DNA of 64,000 bases from Mycobacterium leprae (GCA_050262655.1 JBLNEM010000509.1:794-64793), one strand, 5' to 3'. Numbered from the stretch's first letter, positions 54,867 to 64,000 are shown. Numbers and translations are program-made. Notes: generated by a model from the letters alone, not told the origin.

Positions 54867-56057
54867 TCACAGGCGCATGGCTTGACGTGGGTGCACGGAT
54901 AGGTTGATGGCATGGCCTTCCAGGAGCGCGGCTGCCAGGAGTTCAGGGCCGCCGAAAGGCCACAGGGCTTCAGCGGGTAGGGACAACTGCACCGGGGACA
55001 GGAGACGGACCGGGGACTGCGTGCTAACCAACAGTCCGGCCTTCTCCAGCCGACGGTGCATTTCTGACCAAACAGGAAGACGAACGCCGTCCAATTCCAG
55101 GCGGTTGCGGGCCAGCTCGTAATGCAAGACCCGGTGATGGTCGGCGGTCCACTGTAGGGCTCTGGCGATCAGCGCACCTTCCCGGTTGAGCAGAGCTGGT
55201 TCCAAGATTGCTGGACCGTCGAGGAGTTTCGGCGATCGAGACAAGGCTTCCAGCACTTCCGCCGGCTCGGCCTCTAGCAGCACCCGGGTCCATGTCGCAA
55301 ACCACGGCGGAATTGGCGTCTGGTTGGCAAATAGCTCAACCTGCCGGCTGCTCCAGGTGCGGCGTGCCGATGGTTGCGCTGCCACAAACCGCCCCAGCCA
55401 TTCGCTGTAGGCTGGCTTGAGGGCAGACAGAGGGCCATCCAGCAGAGGGAAGAGCCGGTACCATTCCCGACGACCGCGCAGGTACAGCAGGGAGAGCGAG
55501 ACTTGTCGGGCCAGGAGATAACGATAGCGGGCAGATTGAGGATCTGGTGATCCGGCCGGTTCCGGCAACGGGTCCGGGATGTCAGGGTCGCTTGGGTAGA
55601 GCGGCTGGGCCGCATCGTGCAGGGCGGCTGTCTGCCGCCCGCGATCGGTGGGCTCAACAAAGGGTCCGACGGCAACGAGGAGCCCCAAATCCTCCAGGTA
55701 AGAGAGGTAGGGGCGGAGCAACACCTCCGGCCAGTTCAGGCTCGCGGGTGAAACAAGCCTTTCGCTCCGCTGCACAACCGCCTGCAGGAGCCGTCGCAGT
55801 GAGGTTGGCAGCGGCAAGGGTGACCGGAGCAGCCTTTCGGCGGCGGCCCTTCTGGCTTCGTTCATCACCAGGGCCGCTGGCCCCTCAGGTACGGAGGGGA
55901 GGTCATATGCCCTCCCCGCGTCGGTCAACGCACCTTGCGGGGTGACCAGGCCCAGACCGATGGCCAATTCCCGCTCGGGGCCCTGCTCTGCCGCACCACC
56001 ACGGGCAATCCGGTCGATGACCGGGTTAATCTCCCGAAGGGAGCCGGGCAGGTTCAC
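54867..56057 (-). CDS. Hypothetical 396-aa Leu/Arg/Pro-rich protein, no recognisable domain
   Basis: Long ORF beginning 4 nt after the stop of the upstream P-loop gene, so apparently in the same operon. It has no TM helix or signal peptide. Confidence 0.5.
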   Translation of the reverse strand: MNLPGSLREINPVIDRIARGGAAEQGPERELAIGLGLVTPQGALTDAGRAYDLPSVPEGPAALVMNEARRAAAERLLRSPLPLPTSLRRLLQAVVQRSERLVSPASLNWPEVLLRPYLSYLEDLGLLVAVGPFVEPTDRGRQTAALHDAAQPLYPSDPDIPDPLPEPAGSPDPQSARYRYLLARQVSLSLLYLRGRREWYRLFPLLDGPLSALKPAYSEWLGRFVAAQPSARRTWSSRQVELFANQTPIPPWFATWTRVLLEAEPAEVLEALSRSPKLLDGPAILEPALLNREGALIARALQWTADHHRVLHYELARNRLELDGVRLPVWSEMHRRLEKAGLLVSTQSPVRLLSPVQLSLPAEALWPFGGPELLAAALLEGHAINLSVHPRQAMRL

Positions 56058-56061
56058 GGCA

Positions 56062-57387
56062 TTACTTGAGCCGGCTGCGGATGATCTGCTCTAGGGTGGG
56101 ATCACCAATCTCCTGCAGCTCGTAGGACACCCGCAGAATCGGCTTATTCGGATGAATCACCCGGGTGATGTCGATCGGGGTAGCGGAAATCACCAGATCG
56201 CAGTCGCAGGCATTGATGGTTGCTTCCAGGTCACGCATCTGCTTGTCGCCATAGCCCATGGCGGGCAGCAGGACGCCAATGCCGGGATACTTACGATAGG
56301 TGGCGGCGATGGAGTCAACGGCATAAGGCCGGGGATCGACCAGTTCGGCAGCGCCAAACTTGCGGGCGGCAATGATGCCGGCGCCGTATTTCATCTCGCC
56401 GTGAGTGAGGGTGGGCCCGTCTTCGACGACCAGGACACGGCGGCCGCGAATCTGGCTGCCGTTCTCGACGAAGATCGGTGAAGCGGCGTCTACAACGATC
56501 GCCTTCGGGTTCACGGCGGCGATCGACTCCCGTACCTTGGCGATGCCCTCCGGCGAAGCCGTTTCGATCTTGTTGATCACGACGACGTCGGCCAGGCGCA
56601 TGTTGGTCTCGCCGGGGTGGTAGGTAAGCTCGTGGCCAGGGCGATGCGGGTCAGCGACGGTGATGTACAGGTCGGCGGCGTAGAAGCTGAAATCGTTGTT
56701 GCCGCCATCCCAGATGATGACATCGGCTTCCTTCTCGGCTTCCCGCAGGATAGCGCCATAGTCCACACCGGCGTAAATGACGGCGCCCAGATCGATATGT
56801 GGTTCGTACTCTTCCCGTTCCTCGATGGTGCAATGATGCTTGTCGAGATCGGCGTATGTAGCGAAGCGCTGCACGGCTTGAACAGCCAGGTCACCGTAGG
56901 GCATGGGGTGCCGAATGGAGACGACCCGCTTGCCCATGTTCCGCAGGGCCTTGACCACCTGACGGGAGGTCTGGCTCTTGCCGGAGCCCGTGCGAACAGC
57001 GCAGATGGCAATGACCGGTTTACTGGACTTGATCTGGGTCTGGCGGTAGCCGAGCAGGTGGAAGCTGGCGCCTGCGGCAATGGCAGCGGAAGCGCGATGC
57101 ATGACATATTCGTGGGGGACATCCGAGTAAGCGAAATCCACCTGATCTACACGGAGGTCACGAATCAGGTCGCTCATCTGGGCTTCGTCGTAAATGGGAA
57201 TGCCATTCGGATAGAGGCGCCCGGCCAATACGGCGGGGTACTTGCGACCAGCAATATCGGGGATTTGGGTTGCGGTGAAACCGACCACTTCATAGGCTTC
57301 GTTGTCACGGTAGAAGGTATTGAAGTTATGGAAGTCACGGCCGGCGGCGCCCAGAATCAGAACGCGAGTCCTGGACATATGATCCAC
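56062..57387 (-). CDS. Cyclic 2,3-diphosphoglycerate synthetase-like P-loop protein (COG2403-type 'predicted GTPase')
   Basis: RVLILGAAGRDFHNFN..., Walker A AVRTGSGKSQTS, and WDGGNND. Overall length of about 440 aa fits this family. Confidence 0.6.
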   Translation of the reverse strand: MDHMSRTRVLILGAAGRDFHNFNTFYRDNEAYEVVGFTATQIPDIAGRKYPAVLAGRLYPNGIPIYDEAQMSDLIRDLRVDQVDFAYSDVPHEYVMHRASAAIAAGASFHLLGYRQTQIKSSKPVIAICAVRTGSGKSQTSRQVVKALRNMGKRVVSIRHPMPYGDLAVQAVQRFATYADLDKHHCTIEEREEYEPHIDLGAVIYAGVDYGAILREAEKEADVIIWDGGNNDFSFYAADLYITVADPHRPGHELTYHPGETNMRLADVVVINKIETASPEGIAKVRESIAAVNPKAIVVDAASPIFVENGSQIRGRRVLVVEDGPTLTHGEMKYGAGIIAARKFGAAELVDPRPYAVDSIAATYRKYPGIGVLLPAMGYGDKQMRDLEATINACDCDLVISATPIDITRVIHPNKPILRVSYELQEIGDPTLEQIIRSRLK

Positions 57388-57402
57388 TCCTTTATCGATT
57401 GG

Positions 57403-58320
57403 TTAGCCCATTACGAGCGCCATAACGGCCTTCTGCAGGTGCAGCCGGTTCTCGGCTTCATCCCAGACCACGCTGTTCGGGCCGTCAATCACCTCATCGG
57501 TTACCTCTTCGCCGCGGTGGGCGGGCAGGCAGTGCAGGAACAGTGCGTCCCCCTTGGCGAGAGACATCAGATCACGGTTAACCTGGTAGGAGCGCATGGC
57601 CGCAGCCTTTTCCGCAGCTTGAGCCTCCTGGCCCATGCTGGCCCATACGTCGGTGTAGACCACATCGGCCCCTTCGATGGCCGTGCGGGGATCGCCCACA
57701 ACGATCTTGGCGTTGGTGCGGGCCACAACTACCGGATCAGGTTCGTAGCCAGCCGGGCAGCCGATCACGACTTCCATCCCGAACTTGGCGCCGGCTTCCA
57801 TGAGCGAATGGGCCACGTTGTTGCCGTCGCCCAGGAAGGTCATCTTCAGGCCCTCCAGGTGATGCTTCTTCTCCCGAATCGTCATCAGATCGCCCATTGC
57901 CTGGCACGGATGCTGCCAGTCGGTCAGTCCGTTGATAACGGGAATGGAGGCATACTCGGCCAGATCGGTCACGTCTTTATGGGCAAAGGTCCGAATCATG
58001 ATGCCGTCCAGGTAGCGGGAGAAGACGCGGGCGGTGTCGGCGATCGTCTCGCCCCGCCGGAGCTGAAGATCGTTGGCACTCAGGAAAAGCCCCGTTCCGC
58101 CCAACTGATAGATGCCCACTTCGAACGAGAGGCGGGTCCGGGTAGAGCTCTTGGTGAAGATCATGCCGAGGGTCTTGCCCTTGAGCGGCTGGTCCACGAG
58201 GCCGGTCTTCATGCGGAGCTTCATCATGTCGGCTGTATCCAGCAGTTGCGTCAGCTCTTCCGAAGTCCAGTCATGGATCGTGATGAAATCGCGGCCTTTC
58301 AGACTGACGGACATGGTCAC
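57403..58320 (-). CDS. argF: Ornithine carbamoyltransferase
   Basis: STRTR, HPCQ, DVWASMG, HCLPAHRGEE. Confidence 0.9.
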   Translation of the reverse strand: MTMSVSLKGRDFITIHDWTSEELTQLLDTADMMKLRMKTGLVDQPLKGKTLGMIFTKSSTRTRLSFEVGIYQLGGTGLFLSANDLQLRRGETIADTARVFSRYLDGIMIRTFAHKDVTDLAEYASIPVINGLTDWQHPCQAMGDLMTIREKKHHLEGLKMTFLGDGNNVAHSLMEAGAKFGMEVVIGCPAGYEPDPVVVARTNAKIVVGDPRTAIEGADVVYTDVWASMGQEAQAAEKAAAMRSYQVNRDLMSLAKGDALFLHCLPAHRGEEVTDEVIDGPNSVVWDEAENRLHLQKAVMALVMG

Positions 58321-58367
58321 AAACCTCCTCTATGTGTTCGGTTAACAGTAGGGGGCAGGTCTGCCGT

Positions 58368-59345
58368 TTACGGGACGATACGGGTTCCGGCGTCGCCGGC
58401 GATGGCTGCGGTAGCCTGGTTCAGAGCGGCGATGACCCCTACATGACCGGTGGACTCCACGAAGCGGAGCACGGCTTCGACTTTCGGACCCATGGAACCG
58501 GCTTTGAAGTGGCCCGCTTTCTGATGACTCCTCATGGTGGCCACGTCCACCTTGTCGAGGAGCAACTGGTCGGGCTGCTTATAGCGGAGTGCTACCTTGG
58601 GAACGTCGGTGAGGATGCAGAAGATGTCTGCCCCCACATCAACCGCCAACCGTTCGCCCGCCAGGTCCTTGTCGATGACGGCCTCGCACCCGTGTAGCTG
58701 GTCGTCCGCGCGATAGACCGGTACGCCACCGCCGCCGGAGCAGATGACCACTGCGCCCGCCTGAATCAGATTGAGGATGGACTCCTTCTCCCAGATCGCT
58801 TTGGGGTCGGGCGAAGGGACCACCCGGCGCCAGCCGCGGCTCGCATCCTCCTTCATCTGCCATCCCCGCTCTTCGGCCAGGCGCTGTGCCCGAGCGGGGG
58901 TGTAGAACGGGCCTACCGGCTTCGTTGGGTTCTGGAAGGCCGGGTCGGTGCGATCGACCAACACCTGCGTCACAACGGTAACCACGGGCAAATTCCTACC
59001 CCGAGCCCGAAGCAGATTGCCAAGCTCATTCTGAATCCAGTAGCCCAACAACCCCTGGCTCATGGCGCCACAGACATCCATGGGCATGGGCGGAACGACC
59101 CCGGAGGCTTCCTCCTGCTGAATCAGCAGGTTGCCAACCTGCGGACCGTTGCCGTGCGTAATGACGACCCGGTGCCCGGCGCAAATGAGCTCTACAATTT
59201 GGAGACAGGTCTCATGAATGTTTGCTGCCTGTTCTGCTGCAGTGCCTGCTTGCCCCGGCTGCAGGATGGCGTTTCCGCCCAGTGCGATTACGATTGTAGC
59301 CGTTGAAGCTCCCCTCCCCTGCGGTATTCCACTACAAATATACAT
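58368..59345 (-). CDS. arcC: Carbamate kinase (start codon uncertain)
   Basis: IVIALGGNAIL, ITHGNGPQVG, VVICSGGGGVPV, AVIDKDLAGE. The ORF is open to 59414; the ATG at 59345 gives a near-typical length. Confidence 0.85.
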   Translation of the reverse strand: MYICSGIPQGRGASTATIVIALGGNAILQPGQAGTAAEQAANIHETCLQIVELICAGHRVVITHGNGPQVGNLLIQQEEASGVVPPMPMDVCGAMSQGLLGYWIQNELGNLLRARGRNLPVVTVVTQVLVDRTDPAFQNPTKPVGPFYTPARAQRLAEERGWQMKEDASRGWRRVVPSPDPKAIWEKESILNLIQAGAVVICSGGGGVPVYRADDQLHGCEAVIDKDLAGERLAVDVGADIFCILTDVPKVALRYKQPDQLLLDKVDVATMRSHQKAGHFKAGSMGPKVEAVLRFVESTGHVGVIAALNQATAAIAGDAGTRIVP

Positions 59346-59608
59346 TCCTGCATAACGAGAAAGCACCCTTTCGCATTTTGCGCCATCTGTTTGAAGATTA
59401 ATGACTACGACCACGTGGCAAAATATAGCCAGTTGAGTCTACATTTCGATATTGCTGCCCCACTGTGCGAGGGCTGAGCGGCAGGAAGTTCGCCGGTGGG
59501 AGCAGAATCCAGTGCTAGTTGGCATACTAAGGGTGTAGGCGTATGGGCCATGACCCACCGCCTGCACTCGCCATCTGAACCAACCCCAAAAGAGATGGGG
59601 GCATTGTT

Positions 59609-61309
59609 GTGACCAAAGAGATTCTCGTGACGGTGGATTTGGATGAGACCCGTGCGGCCGTGCTGGAGGACGACGAACTCGTCGAGATTTTCATAGAGCG
59701 GCCGGTGCATCAGCGGGTGGTAGGCAACATCTACAAAGGCAAGGTAGAGAACGTTCTGCCGGGTATGCAGGCCGCCTTTGTGGACATTGGCCTGGAACGC
59801 AATTCGTTTCTGTATGTGGATGACGCACTACCGGGTAAGGCAGAAGTGGAAGGGGAGACCGTGGGCGCCACCACGCGCACCCTCACGATAAAAGAGCTGG
59901 TCCGGCCGGGTCAGGAGATCATTGTCCAGGTAGCGAAGGAACCTATCGGTACGAAAGGGGCTCGTGTAACCCGTCACATCACGCTGCCGGGGCGGTTCCT
60001 CGTCCTGATGCCGCATGTGGACTACATTGGCGTTTCGCGTCGCATTTCGGACGAACGGGAGCGCGAGCGGCTCAAGCAGATGGCAGCCCGGGTGAAGCCC
60101 GAAGGCGCCGGACTCATCGTTCGGACCGTGGCCGAGGGCGCCCAGGAGGAAGACCTGGCGAAGGATGCCGTCTTCCTGCAGCGGCTCTGGGACCGCATCT
60201 CCAGCCGGTCCACCGCGGCGCCTGCTCCTTCGCTGCTTCACCACGATCTGGGGCTGGTGCAGCGGGTGGTGCGGGACTGGTTTGACGATACCGTAGATCA
60301 GTTCACCATCGACAACAAGGAAGAGTACCAGCGGGCTCTCGAGGTGCTGGATCTGCATGCGCCGCACCTGAAAGACCGGTTGAAGCTCTATAGCCGCACC
60401 GATCAGTCCCTGTTCGACTTCCACAGCATTGAGATGGAGATCGACAAGGCCCTGAAGAAGCGGGTATGGCTCAAGAGCGGCGGCTATATCGTCATCGACC
60501 AGACTGAGGCCCTGACAGCGATCGACGTGAACACCGGTAAGTTTGTGGGGACCACGAACCTGGCCGATACGGTATTCAAGACGAACCTGGAAGCAGCCAA
60601 GGAGATCGCCCGGCAGCTAAGGCTGCGGGATATTGGCGGCATCATCATCATCGACTTCATCGATATGGAGATCCTTGAGCATCGGCAGAAAGTGATCAAG
60701 ACCCTGGAAGACGAGCTAAAGCGGGATCGGACCCGGGCCAATGTGCTGGGCCTTACCCAACTCGGGCTCGTGGAGATGACCCGCAAGAAGTCACGCCAGA
60801 ACCTCGACGAAGCGATGATGCGTTCCTGCCCATACTGCGACGGGCGTGGCAAGGTCCTGTCGGAGGAGACAATGGCCCGGCGCGTGCGGGCCGAAATCCG
60901 GCGAATCCTGAAGCAGAGTTCCAGCGAAGCGCTGTTAATGGAGGTCCATCCTTCTGTGGCGGCCCTGCTAATCGGCACGGGTGGCGCCAACCTGCGGGAA
61001 CTGGAGGCGGAACTGGGCAAGACCATCTACATCCGGGGCAACAACGAAGTACACCTGGAGCAGATGAACCTGCGCGTTCTGGGCACTCGGGAAGAGGTAG
61101 AGGAACGCGCCCTGCCGGTTCGGCCTGGCCAGGTCGTGGACGTAAAGATCGACGAGGCCCATGTGACCAATACGGTCGATGGCATTGCCCGGTTGGATGG
61201 CTATGTCATCGATGTGGAGGGCGCCGGGGATCTGACCGGCAAGCAGATCAAGGTGGAGATCACCAAGGCCTACCGGACTTACGCCAAAGCCCGCATGATT
61301 CAGGGGTAA
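59609..61309 (+). CDS. rng: Rne/Rng-family ribonuclease (RNase G/E-like)
   Basis: S1 domain (GNIYKGKVENVLPGMQAAFVDIG), the DNase-I-like core (TAIDVNTGKF...IIIIDFIDM), and the Zn-link CPYCDGRG. Confidence 0.9.
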   Translation: MTKEILVTVDLDETRAAVLEDDELVEIFIERPVHQRVVGNIYKGKVENVLPGMQAAFVDIGLERNSFLYVDDALPGKAEVEGETVGATTRTLTIKELVRPGQEIIVQVAKEPIGTKGARVTRHITLPGRFLVLMPHVDYIGVSRRISDERERERLKQMAARVKPEGAGLIVRTVAEGAQEEDLAKDAVFLQRLWDRISSRSTAAPAPSLLHHDLGLVQRVVRDWFDDTVDQFTIDNKEEYQRALEVLDLHAPHLKDRLKLYSRTDQSLFDFHSIEMEIDKALKKRVWLKSGGYIVIDQTEALTAIDVNTGKFVGTTNLADTVFKTNLEAAKEIARQLRLRDIGGIIIIDFIDMEILEHRQKVIKTLEDELKRDRTRANVLGLTQLGLVEMTRKKSRQNLDEAMMRSCPYCDGRGKVLSEETMARRVRAEIRRILKQSSSEALLMEVHPSVAALLIGTGGANLRELEAELGKTIYIRGNNEVHLEQMNLRVLGTREEVEERALPVRPGQVVDVKIDEAHVTNTVDGIARLDGYVIDVEGAGDLTGKQIKVEITKAYRTYAKARMIQG

Positions 61310-61314
61310 GCACA

Positions 61315-61345
61315 GAGGGACGTTCCCAAAGTGGGAACGTCCCTG
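61315..61345 (+). terminator. Hairpin after rng (weak U-tract)
   Basis: AGGGACGTTCCCA-aag-TGGGAACGTCCCT. Confidence 0.5.
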
Positions 61346-61391
61346 TCGGTTCGCAGGCTGTGATTCGCGCGGCTGTAGCGGTTCATAAGAA

Positions 61392-61421
61392 TTGACAGTC
61401 GAAGTTTGGTCGTGGTAAACT
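61392..61421 (+). promoter_or_regulatory. SigA-type promoter for the rplU operon
   Basis: TTGACA-18 nt-TAAACT, with a TG two nucleotides upstream of the -10 element. Confidence 0.5.
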
Positions 61422-61427
61422 AACTTG

Positions 61428-61546
61428 TCGCCTGCGCGCGTCTATGTACACATGGACAAGAGCGGGGTGGCAACCGCTCGGAGACAGGTTCCTCAAACGC
61501 ATCTGCGTACCTGGACTGGCGAGTATACATCTCGGAGGTGTCCCTC
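61428..61546 (+). promoter_or_regulatory. 5' leader of rplU (position of the Firmicute L21 leader)
   Basis: About 115 nt of GC-rich untranslated leader between the promoter and the rplU TTG. The structure was not verified. Confidence 0.35.
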
Positions 61547-61861
61547 TTGACTTACGCAATTGTTGAGACCGGTGGTAAGCAGTATCGGGTGCAGGCCGGC
61601 GAGACGATCCGGTTCGAGAAGCTTGCAGGCAATGACGGTGACAAGGTTGTGCTGGACAAGGTTCTGCTCGTCAGCAAGGACGGCAGCCTGACTGTCGGCG
61701 CTCCTTTCGTGGCCGGCGCCAAGGTTACCGGCACCGTGAAGGCCCAGGGCAAGGCCCCGAAGATCATCGTCTTCAAGTACCACAACAAGGTCAACTACCG
61801 CCGTAAGACTGGCCATCGTCAGCCGTTCACGGCCGTTACCATCGACAGCATCGAGGCGTAA
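61547..61861 (+). CDS. rplU: 50S ribosomal protein L21
   Basis: [14 protein letters not shown]...KVIVFKY..K.NYRRK.GHRQ. TTG start 6 nt after GGAGGTG. Confidence 0.95.
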   Translation: MTYAIVETGGKQYRVQAGETIRFEKLAGNDGDKVVLDKVLLVSKDGSLTVGAPFVAGAKVTGTVKAQGKAPKIIVFKYHNKVNYRRKTGHRQPFTAVTIDSIEA

Positions 61862-61866
61862 GAGCT

Positions 61867-62196
61867 GTGATCAAGGTCCAGGTGCGGCGGAATCCTGACG
61901 GCGTCATCGCCGGACTTCAGGTAACCGGACATGCCGGGTTTGCCGACCCGGGTCAGGATATCGTTTGTGCCGGTGTTTCTTCCCTGGTTGTGACCGCCCT
62001 GATCGGGCTGAAACAGGTGGCGAAACATCCGCATGAAGGGTCAGCGACCATGGGGCGGATGTACTGCAAACTCCAGCCCGGTGGCAGCCCGGAGACCGCT
62101 GCCAAGGCCCAGGTCATCCTTGAGACAACGCTTTTAGGGCTTCAGGATATTGCCAAAGATTACCCCCAATTTATCCGTGTAACAGAAGGAGGCTGA
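61867..62196 (+). CDS. prp: Ribosomal-processing cysteine protease Prp (YsxB family)
   Basis: [21 protein letters not shown], sandwiched between rplU and rpmA. Confidence 0.9.
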   Translation: MIKVQVRRNPDGVIAGLQVTGHAGFADPGQDIVCAGVSSLVVTALIGLKQVAKHPHEGSATMGRMYCKLQPGGSPETAAKAQVILETTLLGLQDIAKDYPQFIRVTEGG

Positions 62197-62201
62197 AAGC
62201 T

Positions 62202-62471
62202 GTGTTTCTGCAGCTTTTCGCGCATAAGAAGGGCGTCGGCTCGTCCAAGAACGGCCGCGACTCCAATCCGCAGTACCTTGGTGTGAAGCGTTATGACGGT
62301 CAGGTTGTCACTGCTGGCTCCATCATCGTTCGGCAGCGTGGCACCAAGTTCCATCCCGGCGCCAACGTGGGTATCGGCAAGGACGACACCCTGTTCGCCA
62401 CGGTGGACGGCACCGTGAAGTTCGGCCGCAAGGGCGCCGACAAGAAGTTTGTCAGCATTCTGCCCGCCTAG
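62202..62471 (+). CDS. rpmA: 50S ribosomal protein L27 with an N-terminal propeptide
   Basis: MFLQLF|[52 protein letters not shown]. Confidence 0.95.
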   Translation: MFLQLFAHKKGVGSSKNGRDSNPQYLGVKRYDGQVVTAGSIIVRQRGTKFHPGANVGIGKDDTLFATVDGTVKFGRKGADKKFVSILPA

Positions 62472-62484
62472 GGCAACCCATCGG

Positions 62485-62514
62485 CCCCAGCACCGAACGG
62501 TGCTGGGGCTTTTT
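62485..62514 (+). terminator. Intrinsic terminator after rpmA
   Basis: CCCCAGCACC-gaac-GGTGCTGGGG followed by cttttt. Confidence 0.8.
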
Positions 62515-62531
62515 CCTGGGGAGGCTAAGGG

Positions 62532-62939
62532 ATGGAAACGGACGCGTTGGCCATACTTCGCCGGCAGCGGCATAGCTTTCTGAACCACTTGCAGGTTATC
62601 TCCGGATGGCTGCAATTGGCCAAGCCAGAGCGGGCAAGCGAGTACGTGGCACGGGTGGCTGCCCGGATGGAGTCGGATGGGCAGGCAATCCGGAGTCTCA
62701 CGCCCGATCTGGGGTTAGTGGCCCTCGAACTGTCGCTGGAGGCCGAAGCGCTGGGTGTGGAGGTCGAGTGGCGGATCAGCAAGCCGCTCCCTGACCTGTC
62801 TCCCGCATGCTTCAAAGCAGAGGTCGGCAGGGCCCTGGAAAACGTCGGACGGATGGGAGACGGCGACCGGCTGTTGGTGGTCTCCCTGGGGTCGGATGGG
62901 TTGACGGCACATAGCCCTGCACAGCGGGGCGAACGATAG
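62532..62939 (+). CDS. Spo0B-like phosphotransferase (SpoOB-type alpha-helical domain), short form
   Basis: [20 protein letters not shown] resembles the phospho-His helix of Spo0B-type proteins. It occupies the spo0B position between rpmA and obg. Confidence 0.55.
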   Translation: METDALAILRRQRHSFLNHLQVISGWLQLAKPERASEYVARVAARMESDGQAIRSLTPDLGLVALELSLEAEALGVEVEWRISKPLPDLSPACFKAEVGRALENVGRMGDGDRLLVVSLGSDGLTAHSPAQRGER

Positions 62940-62967
62940 TCCCAAGAAAGGTCCGGGATGTGATTCC

Positions 62968-64000
62968 ATGTTTGTTGATGTGGCCCGCATATATGTCAAG
63001 GGTGGCGACGGCGGACGAGGCTCCAATTCGGTTCGTCGTGAGAAGTATGTGCCTCAGGGTGGCCCCTACGGTGGCGATGGGGGTTCCGGCGGTAGTGTGA
63101 TTTTCGAAGTGAGCACAGGGTTGAATACCCTGCTGGATTTCAAGTACAAGAAACACTTCAAGGCCGACCGGGGTGAGATCGGTGGCACCAAGGCGATGCA
63201 CGGTGCAAACGGTACCGATCTGGTCGTCAAAGTTCCGCCTGGCACCGTAGTGAAGACCGACGAAGGGGAAGTCCTGTTTGACCTGACAGAGCCAGGTCAA
63301 CGGGCCGTTGTCGCGCATGGCGGCCGCGGTGGCCGCGGCAACATGCGCTTCGCCACGCCCACCAACAAGTGCCCGACCTTCTATGAGAAGGGAGAGCCGG
63401 GCGAAGAACGCTGGCTCCAGCTCGAAATGAAAGTGATGGCCGATGCCGGGCTGGTCGGCTTCCCGAACGCGGGCAAATCCACCTTCCTCTCCCGGGTCAG
63501 TGCGGCCCAGCCGAAGGTAGCCAACTACCCCTTCACCACGCTCAACCCCATACTGGGTGTGGTAGCCGTGGGTGATGGGCGCTCGTTTGTACTGGCAGAT
63601 ATTCCGGGGCTAATCGAGGGCGCACACCAGGGCGTGGGACTCGGTCATGAGTTCCTCCGGCATGTGGAGCGCACCAAGGCGCTGATCCATGTGCTGGACG
63701 GGGCCGGAACCGAAGGGCGGGACCCGCTGGAAGACTTCCGAATCATCCAGAACGAACTGGCACAGTTCAACCCCGACCTGGTGAAGCGACCGACGCTGGT
63801 GGCGTTCAACAAAATGGATGTCACAGAAGCGCTGGACAACCTGCCCCGCGTCAAGGCCGAATTGGAGGCGCAGGGGTTCAAGGTCTTCCCCATCTCCGGC
63901 GTCACCGGGGAGGGTATGAAGCCCCTCCTGCAGGCTGTGGCTGATGCCATTGCCAGCTACGTTCCGCCCGAAGAGCCGGCTCCCCCTGCTGAGAAGGTCT
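62968..64000 (+). CDS. obg: GTPase Obg/CgtA (3' end lies outside the window)
   Basis: [46 protein letters not shown]..., G1 [10 protein letters not shown]3 [11 protein letters not shown]4 NKMD. Confidence 0.95.
   Translation, partial: MFVDVARIYVKGGDGGRGSNSVRREKYVPQGGPYGGDGGSGGSVIFEVSTGLNTLLDFKYKKHFKADRGEIGGTKAMHGANGTDLVVKVPPGTVVKTDEGEVLFDLTEPGQRAVVAHGGRGGRGNMRFATPTNKCPTFYEKGEPGEERWLQLEMKVMADAGLVGFPNAGKSTFLSRVSAAQPKVANYPFTTLNPILGVVAVGDGRSFVLADIPGLIEGAHQGVGLGHEFLRHVERTKALIHVLDGAGTEGRDPLEDFRIIQNELAQFNPDLVKRPTLVAFNKMDVTEALDNLPRVKAELEAQGFKVFPISGVTGEGMKPLLQAVADAIASYVPPEEPAPPAEKV

Noticed and set aside
56617-58446. 609-aa plus-strand ORF spanning the P-loop and OTC genes
   Set aside because: It lies antisense to two genes with clear catalytic motifs (Walker A; STRTR/HPCQ/HCLP). 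It has no recognisable domain and the typical shadow-ORF composition.

Overview
GC-rich chromosomal segment from an endospore-forming, monoderm Bacillota-type bacterium. The lineage call rests on an alpha/beta SASP, a DUF1540 protein, a SpoIVFA/SpoIVFB-like pair, a Spo0B-like gene, the L27 propeptide with its Prp protease, and lipobox lipoproteins. I see about 60 credible CDS and no rRNA, tRNA, CRISPR array, transposase or integrase. The backbone is the conserved Bacillus/Clostridium cell-shape and division neighbourhood. On the left is folC, a SPOR protein, DUF4321, then maf-radC-mreBCD-minCDE-rodA. On the right is the SpoIVFA/B-like pair, a radical-SAM TIGR03960/TIGR03936-like pair, rng, then rplU-prp-rpmA-spo0B-like-obg. 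About 40 kb of metabolic and regulatory genes lies between the two halves: (1) an AtoSC-like sigma-54 two-component system driving CoA-transferase and thiolase genes; (2) an Opp/Dpp/Nik-type ABC transporter; (3) an orphan LuxR response regulator; (4) a fused PxpB-PxpC protein; (5) lgt and an ArsR regulator; (6) pdhABCD; (7) a CBS / sigma / HTH / ImmA-protease operon; (8) a CssRS-HtrA-like module; (9) a PfkB kinase; (10) small spore proteins; (11) speH; (12) an HD-GYP protein. The strongest candidate for something new is a compact three-gene multihaem module at 26987-30456. It encodes a 5-haem c3-type cytochrome, a FdnI/HydC-like cytochrome b, and a 620-aa protein with 20 CxxCH motifs and a NapC/NrfH-type N-terminus. 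No catalytic reductase is adjacent. It sits behind a 716-bp AT-rich control region that carries a perfect TGTGA-N6-TCACA box and helically phased direct repeats. Secondary candidates are a translationally coupled sigma factor / XRE-HTH / ImmA-IrrE metalloprotease triad, and a carbamate kinase-OTC operon carrying a cyclic-2,3-diphosphoglycerate-synthetase-like P-loop gene and an orphan 396-aa gene, inserted between the radical SAM pair and rng. All functional calls come from reading the translations and motifs by eye; no database search was run.
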